The translations under genes were made by a program, and so were the position numbers. Positions 1 to 6,251 of a stretch of DNA of 6,251 nt are shown here, piece by piece (the stretch's first letter is position 1; every line of letters begins with the position of its first letter). The stretch comes from Paraspadella gotoi (taxonomy: Eukaryota > Animalia > Chaetognatha). The notes under the pieces were generated by a model that worked only from the letters and a program-made list of their open reading frames with translations, did not search any database and was not told the origin of the DNA. Location: contig JBJCIZ010000273.1 in assembly GCA_051294375.1 (NCBI GenBank), positions 1 through 6,251 on the forward strand. Reading direction: 5' to 3'.

Positions 1-52
1 AAAAGATTATTTAATTAATTGTTTTTAATTCTGTTCGTCAAGTCATTGAGCA

Positions 53-107
53 CGACAAAAGCAACGACGACGATAATGGCAAAGACGACGATAACATCGA
101 CGATGAT
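53..107 (+). repeat. Cryptic GAC/GAT/AAC triplet low-complexity repeat
   Basis: Direct 11-mer gacgacgataa at 66-76 and 84-94 within GAC/GAT-rich sequence. Confidence 0.7.
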
Positions 108-123
108 TAATTGNNNNNNNNNN

Positions 124-225
124 ATTTAATTATAATATTATTTAATGATTGATAAATTGATAAATTAATTAGTTATTTGATGATTAATTACTTAATTGAT
201 TGATTAATTGATTGATTAATTAATT
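124..225. repeat. AT-rich (ATTA/ATTG)n low-complexity repeat running into an N gap
   Basis: Repeated attaatt/attgatt units; tandem 12-mer ttaattgattga at 192-203 and 204-215. Confidence 0.8.
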
Positions 226-437
226 NNNNNNNNNNNNNNNNNNNNNNNNNNNNNNNNNNNNNNNNNNNNNNNNNNNNNNNNNNNNNNNNNNNNNNNNNNN
301 NNNNNNNNNNNNNNNNNNNNNNNNNNNNNNNNNNNNNNNNNNNNNNNNNNNNNNNNNNNNNNNNNNNNNNNNNNNNNNNNNNNNNNNNNNNNNNNNNNNN
401 NNNNNNNNNNNNNNNNNNNNNGTTCAAAGCTAAGGGG

Positions 438-465
438 GGACGGACGGACGGACGGACGGACAGAC
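438..465 (+). repeat. (GGAC)6+AGAC tetranucleotide microsatellite
   Basis: Six perfect GGAC units at 438-461, followed by AGAC. Confidence 0.95.
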
Positions 466-588
466 ATACTTTTTCTATATTTCGATGTTCTAAGATGATA
501 TAGGTGACTTTTCAACATTATAATGGGAGACGACCGACAGACCNNNNNNNNNNNNNNNNNNNNNNNNNGACCGAGCAAAGTGAAATAC

Positions 589-650
589 GAAGAAAAGAGA
601 AGAGAGAGAAGAGAGAGAGAGAGGAAGAGAGATAGATAGATATATGTGTA
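589..650 (+). repeat. Compound (AG)n/(AGAT)n/(AT)n microsatellite
   Basis: Imperfect AG run grading into gatagatagatatatgtgta. Confidence 0.9.
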
Positions 651-814
651 CATGGATCCTGTACCTTCTGCCAAGAAGACCTATAAGTAACAGTGGGTCC
701 GTTTCATTTAAATTTCTTTAAAAGGTTTAGAAAAGTCTACAATCAATTATATGCTAAAGAGAGTCGATACTAAGTCAAGTTAGTACTCAATCCTACAAAA
801 AAGGAATTGTCGCC

Positions 815-1348
815 TTATAACCTACGAGCTACGCAAAAATGATTCATATTAAAAATCACAATCGAGAAATTTAGTAATGGAACATTGTCATCGTCTAGGA
901 TTGTGTCCAGGATTGATGGTGATGCATGTGGGTCTCTTTCCCTTATTTTGGGGACATAATCCCGATAACTTCGTGTGTTGACGATGTGAAAATTCGGTTT
1001 TGGGCTCTTTTTTTTAAGGGTTTTTGAAAGCTCTATTTCGGCAAATTGGCGATCGGAGTACAGCCACGTTTCTGTTTGTTGAGGAATTGTGGCAGAAACA
1101 CGTTTTTACCAGCCTTCAATGATACAGTGGCATCTAATCTTTTGCCAATGAACTCCACTCATGAGCAAGGATATGCTGGAGCAGATGTATGCTAGGTTAG
1201 GACACTATACAGTATATAGGTCCTTCAAATAGCGCGCAGGACTTCTGAAAAGGTCAATCCCTTGGCAAGATCTTTGCAAGTGCTTGTTATCGCGAATAGT
1301 ATTTTGATTGCTCTTGCGGTTATAGGTTTATTGATGATGCGTTGACCA
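815..1348 (-). pseudogene. LINE ORF2 remnant: RT thumb and C-terminal tail
   Basis: WSTH (1348-1337), one extra base, then INKPITARAIKILFAITSTCKDLAKGLTFSEVLRAI* (1335-1225), then after a shift CPNLAYICSS (1204-1175). This resembles the LINE pattern W..HI..I..KA...L..L...G......Y...RP.L.Y. A 96-codon stop-free stretch follows at 1105-818 (…IPQQTETWLY…RDPHASPSILDTIL…, TAA at 817-815); it has no early start codon. Confidence 0.65.
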
Positions 1349-1358
1349 CAAGGACCAC

Positions 1359-1525
1359 AGAGACGAGAGAGAAGAGAAGAGAAAAAATAGAAGAGAAGAC
1401 GAAAAGAAAGAGACAGAGAAAGAAAGAAAGATGATCAGAGGAGAAAGAAGATAGAGAGAGAGAGAGAGAGAAGAAGAAAGAGAAGAGAGAGAGAGAAAGA
1501 AAGAGAAGAGTAGAGAGAGAGGAGG
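1359..1525 (+). repeat. Polypurine imperfect (AG)n/(AAAG)n tract
   Basis: About 165 nt almost entirely A/G, including a perfect (AG)9 at 1453-1470. Confidence 0.95.
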
Positions 1526-1531
1526 CATATG

Positions 1532-1884
1532 GTTGACTTTCTCTCCACTTTCTCAACGCTGATTTGTCCAGCCATTACTTAGCCGCGAACTTACCTCGCC
1601 GACGGAGTAAGTTCGTTTCGACAGGGACGGTACGGATATTCTGATCTGTCGAAGTCAAGGACGACGTCGGGCCGCCAGTGGAAGATGGAGCGGTGGACTC
1701 GAGGCTGTACGCCCGGCCTGATTGATCTTGCCTGGGGTTGACCTGGAGGGCTTGAAACCTGGAGCTAGACAAATGAATCTTAAACTGGAACTATATGAAC
1801 GACCAATAACGCGAATGATATCGATATCTTGACTTGAATGGCGAAGCGAAACAGGAATGAAAGGCAATTGGCATAAGCCTTCTC
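1532..1884 (-). pseudogene. LINE ORF2 remnant: decayed RT palm region
   Basis: EKAY (1884-1873; cf. D.EKA[FY]D), IIRVIGRSY…RF…S…KINQAG (from 1819; cf. II.WI.SYL..R.F…I.AGVPQG), and KWR+1 base+KVN (1550-1532; cf. KW.LK.N). EKAY to KWR spans about 111 codons, a plausible spacing. Neither GVPQG nor [YF]ADD is readable, so support is moderate. Confidence 0.45.
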
Positions 1885-1897
1885 AGTATTGCCCCTA

Positions 1898-1923
1898 CTC
1901 TCCCTTCCTTTCTTCCCCTCCTC
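1898..1923 (+). repeat. Pure polypyrimidine tract (26 nt)
   Basis: ctctcccttcctttcttcccctcctc. Confidence 0.8.
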
Positions 1924-2227
1924 ATGACATCATTATCAATGCACAGTTTGGCCATTTCCACGCATTTACAATTCCTTTTATTATTAATTATCAAAACCCG
2001 TGAGCGGTTCTCGGGTCCCGTTACCTTCGACTCTCGGCATCCCTCGTTCAGTTTGCTAAAACCGAAAAAAAAAGAATTAGTTTTATCCTGTTATACCGAG
2101 TTGGTAATTCCGGAATTAAAGTCTATCTTTTCTTTCGTTTTATTAATTTTCCCTCTGAACAAATTTTTTTGTTCGCATACGGCATTCAAGAGGATTGAAA
2201 AGCATCCTTTCAACTCGTTTACTGAAA

Positions 2228-2275
2228 TTCCCTTCCTTCTTTCCTTCATCCTACCTCTCCCCCTCTCCCTCCCTT
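2228..2275 (+). repeat. Polypyrimidine (CCTT/CCCT)-like tract
   Basis: Nearly all C/T over about 48 nt. Confidence 0.8.
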
Positions 2276-2544
2276 ATGGCTTATGTTTCACGCGTATGGC
2301 TCCGCACATTCGATGAGTCCTTCGAGAACAGTCTTCTTGGGAAAGAATCTTGACAGAATTTAATCTGATTTATACTTTCTCTTTTTTGACTTTACTCTGT
2401 CTTTCTCTATCTCATATACCATTTTAGCTATCCCTTCCGCCTTACTCTTCTTCTGATGACTTCTGGTGTGACCGCGGTCCCAACTCATTATCCTTGCAAA
2501 GATCTGCCTTTAACTTCTGTGTGGCTAGCATCAATCCACGCGAC

Positions 2545-2683
2545 CTCTCTCTTGTCTTTTGCATCTCTCTCTCTCTCTTACTCTCTCTCCTCTTTCGATT
2601 TCCTTCTCACCCCTCATCCTCTCACTCTCTGCTTCCCATACCTCCTTCTTATCCTTCTCCTCTTTTCCTTCCTTCTACACCCC
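2545..2683 (+). repeat. Polypyrimidine imperfect (CT)n/(CCT)n tract
   Basis: About 140 nt dominated by C/T, with a (CT)n core near 2564-2590. Weaker C/T-rich patches also occur at 2375-2454 and 2918-2947. Confidence 0.9.
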
Positions 2684-5043
2684 ACTAGTCAATGACGTGC
2701 CTCAATAACCTTTTTGTACCTACGACACGGGCTTTCACCTCACGAATATTTCCAAAACCTATTCCTCCGATCCCACTTTGCCTACTCCAGACTTATCCTT
2801 ACATATTAAAGCCTAGTAATACGTAATTTAATTCTTTTTATACACTCTCAAAATACATTGTACACCGGAACGAAAAATCATAGTTACACACAACAGCAAT
2901 CCCTTGATCATAAAAAACTCCTCACCCTCCCCTTTCTCCACTTTCTAATCCAAATCATACCCGGTCAAATGTCAACGATTCGTCTATCATCTTTTTCCGT
3001 GCTTTCATTTCTCTCCGACTCAGCGTACATAAACGTCTTCACCCCCGTTTTACTGCGTTTGCATTTGCGCGGCCGTATTGCCTGGGTACCCATACTAAAT
3101 AAGGTGAAGATTTACCTATCGTCCATCAACAATTCACGCCCTACAACATACGACCATATAAGGCCCTGCTCTTATCGAAACACTAATCTAACTTGACATT
3201 TCGCATGCCTGAAGTTAAATATAATCGAATCTGCATAATCAATACATTGATATACACTGCAAACTTCGCCCAGTCGATTCGAGTTTTCCTGTGCAACCAT
3301 TTCATTTACATCAACTTTTACCCGCATAATTCACGAATACACTCTCAATAAACTACCCATGCGTCCGAAGGAAAGCAATAAAAGATCTTTGAAACCGAAA
3401 ATTCGGCTAAAAGCTTACACATTCTCGACCCGCAATCAAACATAATTCGCAAAGTTTTTTTCGCTCCATAAATAATAAAAATATGTTTAAAACGGGGGGC
3501 GCCACAGTCTGGATAAAAAATAAATATCATAAGCTTAAGGGTCTAATCATTATATAGGGAATTCGAAAGAATAGGTGATAGTTCATGTTAATTTTTCATT
3601 CACCGCGCGTGGAGAAAGAAAGGTGAAAGAGGAATATACCTCAATTCTTCGGCATCTCACTTTTGTTGCGCGAAGTTATCCGGTAACGCTCAAGGGATCG
3701 CAGTGATGATTTATATTCGAAATATATTGTCTTCCAGTTCGGTGCATTCTCGTTCAGTTCGTCTTTTCCTAGCATAGAGTGTCTAACCCTCTGCAGATTC
3801 GTTTCTCATACTTAAATCACTTGGAGAATCACTCATTTTTCATCAAAAAATTTTGAAATCCATTAATATAACTTGTGATGTGCACTCAAAAGACTTTGTT
3901 ATTATTCATTGTCTGTTTTAGGCAGCGGCGTCTTGCGTGATCAAAGAAGTTATTAATGCTGTCTATTGATATCACATCCTTCTTCATACCCATTCGCACA
4001 GGATAAAGAATGAGGACTAGAAAAAATCCAAGATTCAAATACTCTCTTTATTAAACTTCAAACTAAGGATGTCATTTTCATTTGGTCAAACAGTTATCAT
4101 GACCTCACAGTTGATTATCATTCCCTGTTTACACGTGTTTGGACTTTGTTTTAGTCTATAACACAAGAATTTGAAATATTTAGGACCTGAGACCAAAAGA
4201 GCAGCTCCTTTCAAATTCCTGCAATACTTGCACTATGAACTGCTCTGCCCTTTTTGATTGGTGTGCTAATAAGTAAATTTAATCTGAAATAACACAACCA
4301 TGAATGATTTGATATTAAATAGATAACTAGAAGAGTTACAAAAATTTATTTTCAATTAAAGCGCATCATATTTGTATTACCCATTCAATGACCGAATGGT
4401 TTTAAATTTGGTTCTGTGTTTTTATTTCTCTTTCGTATCAGTAATAGGGGAAAAAACGGAGTAATACAGAGTTGTACGATGAACGTACGGTGGATAAACC
4501 AAAAGCATCCAGACGGAATATATATGTGATGTAAACACAACAATCGGACTGGATATATATGACCCCTAACACATAATTTCCTTAAGCGAATAATATGCCT
4601 GGGAAGATTTACGCGGCTGAAACTCCTATTATAAAGTTTAGTAAACGCGGTGAATGAGATAACATTTAATCCTCCTTATCCCAATTTCTTCAAACAGAAA
4701 AACCACACCCACGGCTTACTATGTCAGGTCACAGACACAGAACAAAGACTTTGTCGTGCCTACATTTGTCGAATTATCATTCGTCGTCGCCGTGGTTCTC
4801 TGTGTTTTCAAAAATCTGTTGATATCTCTCTCAGAGAAGAGTTAATCCTATGCAGAGATTATCTGTCAAAGTGCCTGACTTGAAATCTTAAAGAAGTCTC
4901 CGAAATTTGATAATCAAAAATTTTTATTAATGGCCCATATTAATTTTACATAAAAATTTTAATCTATCCTCCATCCTCATCTCTTATCTCCACTTGTGTT
5001 TAAAAATAATTCTAATAAAACAATCACTGACAGTGTTTACGAG

Positions 5044-5244
5044 TTCGTCTTCTAGCGCTTCGTCTTTTTCGTGCGTTTGTCTTTTTCGTCTTGTCTTTGT
5101 TCGTGCGTTGTCTTTGTCGGTCGTCGTCTTCGCTGGTTTCGCTTTTTCGTCATCGGACTTCGCCGCGTCGGTCGTTTCAATGCTTCTTTGTCTTCTTTCG
5201 TTGTCGGATTTTCTTCGACTCTTCGCCGTCGTTATTCGTCGTCC
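5044..5244 (-). repeat. GTC/TTC-rich cryptic triplet repeat (GAC/GAA on minus strand); left arm of an inverted repeat
   Basis: Repeated gtctttttcgt, ttcgtc and gtcgtc units; reverse-complementary to 5358-5439. Confidence 0.85.
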
Positions 5245-5357
5245 AAGTCATTCTTTCAGTCTTTCACGTAGTGAGGACTCGCGAAGAAGAAGAATCCTCT
5301 CTCTTTAGCGGACCAAAGCGAGCGAATCAGTANNNNNNNNNNNNNNNNNNNNNNNNN

Positions 5358-5439
5358 AAACCGACAACGAAAAAGACAAAGAAGACGAAAACGACGGATA
5401 AGTCGACGACGAAAAAGACGAAAACGACGGCGAAGAGGA
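5358..5439 (+). repeat. GAC/GAA/AAC cryptic triplet repeat; right arm of an inverted repeat, bounded by N gaps on both sides
   Basis: Units acgaaaaagac (twice) and gacgaaaacgacgg (twice). Confidence 0.85.
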
Positions 5440-6251
5440 NNNNNNNNNNNNNNNNNNNNNNNNNNNNNNNNNNNNNNNNNNNNNNNNNNNNNNNNNNNNN
5501 NNNNNNNNNNNNNNNNNNNNNNNNNNNNNNNNNNNNNNNNNNNNNNNNNNNNNNNNNNNNNNNNNNNNNNNNNNNNNNNNNNNNNNNNNNNNNNNNNNNN
5601 NNNNNNNNNNNNNNNNNNNNNNNNNNNNNNNNNNNNNNNNNNNNNNNNNNNNNNNNNNNNNNNNNNNNNNNNNNNNNNNNNNNNNNNNNNNNNNNNNNNN
5701 NNNNNNNNNNNNNNNNNNNNNNNNNNNNNNNNNNNNNNNNNNNNNNAGCCTTGCAGACGTATTTTGCTGGTTAACTTTTGGGAGCTTAAATGATTTGAAC
5801 AAACACGACGACGATGATGAATACCCATAGTACCGTAATGGTTTTTCTGTTTGAAAAATTGGATAAGAATTAAATGTTNNNNNNNNNNNNNNNNNNNNNN
5901 NNNNNNNNNNNNNNNNNNNNNNNNNNNNNNNNNNNNNNNNNNNNNNNNNNNNNNNNNNNNNNNNNNNNNNNNNNNNNNNNNNNNNNNNNNNNNNNNNNNN
6001 NNNNNNNNNNNNNNNNNNNNNNNNNNNNNNNNNNNNNNNNNNNNNNNNNNNNNNNNNNNNNNNNNNNNNNNNNNNNNNNNNNNNNNNNNNNNNNNNNNNN
6101 NNNNNNNNNNNNNNNNNNNNNNNNNNNNNNNNNNNNNNNNNNNNNNNTGTTGAGTTCATCACTTTCCGTCTGGGCCACCTCGTACACCGATTATTATTTT
6201 TTCCTCAAAATATTTTAAAAAAATTAAAAAATCGGGAATTGTTAAAAAATT

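Larger units (their letters stand above)
815..3836 (-). mobile_element. Degenerate, apparently internally deleted non-LTR retrotransposon (LINE, I/Jockey-group-like); true ends not determined
   Basis: Manual minus-strand translation gives ORF1-like motifs (3836-2830) followed by RT palm/thumb-like motifs (1884-1175), in the order and orientation expected for a LINE. Many stops and frameshifts. No target-site duplication found. Could instead be two adjacent fragments. Confidence 0.55.
2090..3836 (-). pseudogene. LINE ORF1 (gag-like nucleic-acid-binding protein) remnant; 3' limit approximate
   Basis: ATG at 3836: MSDSPSDLSMRNESAEG*TLYARKRR (TAG possibly from TGG, giving GW…RKRR). From 3321: VKVDVNEMVAQENSNRLGEVCSVY…VRLVFR*…YVVG, then RQYG (QYG at 3080-3072) about 33 codons after VRLVF, matching the spacing of V.LTF…G…C..CQ.YGH in I-like ORF1. 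SFRCTMY near 2875-2855 may be a last-knuckle remnant. No intact CCHC knuckle is present. Confidence 0.4.
114..6147. other. Six N runs (assembly gaps or masking): 114-123 (10), 226-421 (196), 544-568 (25), 5333-5357 (25), 5440-5746 (307), 5879-6147 (269)
   Basis: Counted directly. Most abut simple-sequence repeats. Confidence 0.98.

Noticed and set aside
188-674. ORFs 188-427 and 216-674
   Set aside because: Open only because of N runs and microsatellites.
1320-1556. Leu/Ser/Phe-rich, membrane-protein-looking ORFs
   Set aside because: Translation of the (CT)n strand of the AG tract. Only their extreme ends carry RT-like residues.
1817-1828. 12-bp palindrome gatatcgatatc
   Set aside because: A tandem of a 6-bp palindrome with no supporting context.
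1924-2316. 130-aa plus-strand ORF
   Set aside because: No recognisable motif, partly pyrimidine tract, and antisense to the proposed LINE.
1264-2508. Inverted match ggca(a)gatctttgcaag between 1264-1280 and 2493-2508 as possible TIRs
   Set aside because: Short, does not extend, no TSD seen, and the left copy lies inside the RT-like reading frame.
2456-3196. Plus-strand ORFs 2456-2695, 2494-2688 and 2858-3196
   Set aside because: Low-complexity or antisense shadows with no recognisable domain.
4650-4900. 77-aa plus-strand ORF, and a possible minus-strand exon ending at a GTAAGC donor-like site near 4719
   Set aside because: No recognisable homology, no stop-free frame across the whole candidate exon, and no partner exons visible.
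5044-5439. CRISPR-like or other regularly spaced repeat array
   Set aside because: No constant repeat with unique spacers, and the context is eukaryotic simple-sequence DNA.
4994-6218. Multiple ORFs, including KTT- or DEK-rich translations
   Set aside because: Products of triplet low-complexity repeats and N runs. The acidic frame at 5360-5437 contains an internal TAA.

Overview
Eukaryotic, draft-quality, microsatellite-rich sequence with six N runs (832 of 6251 bases) and no intact gene, RNA gene or prokaryotic feature that I can support. The main hidden structure is on the minus strand at about 3836->815: a heavily frameshifted relic of a non-LTR retrotransposon (LINE), which the ORF track does not reveal. 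It has an ORF1/gag-like portion (about 3836->2090) and the C-terminal half of a reverse transcriptase (about 1884->815). The APE endonuclease and N-terminal RT appear to be absent, and purine/pyrimidine low-complexity patches interrupt the element. At the right end, a GAC/GAA-rich repeat is present in inverted orientation across a 25-N gap. Two exactly 25-N gaps bracket the block 569-5332, so many of the indels and the foldback may be assembly artefacts. All protein-level calls are by-eye motif matches, not database results. I find no convincing evidence for a novel biological system.
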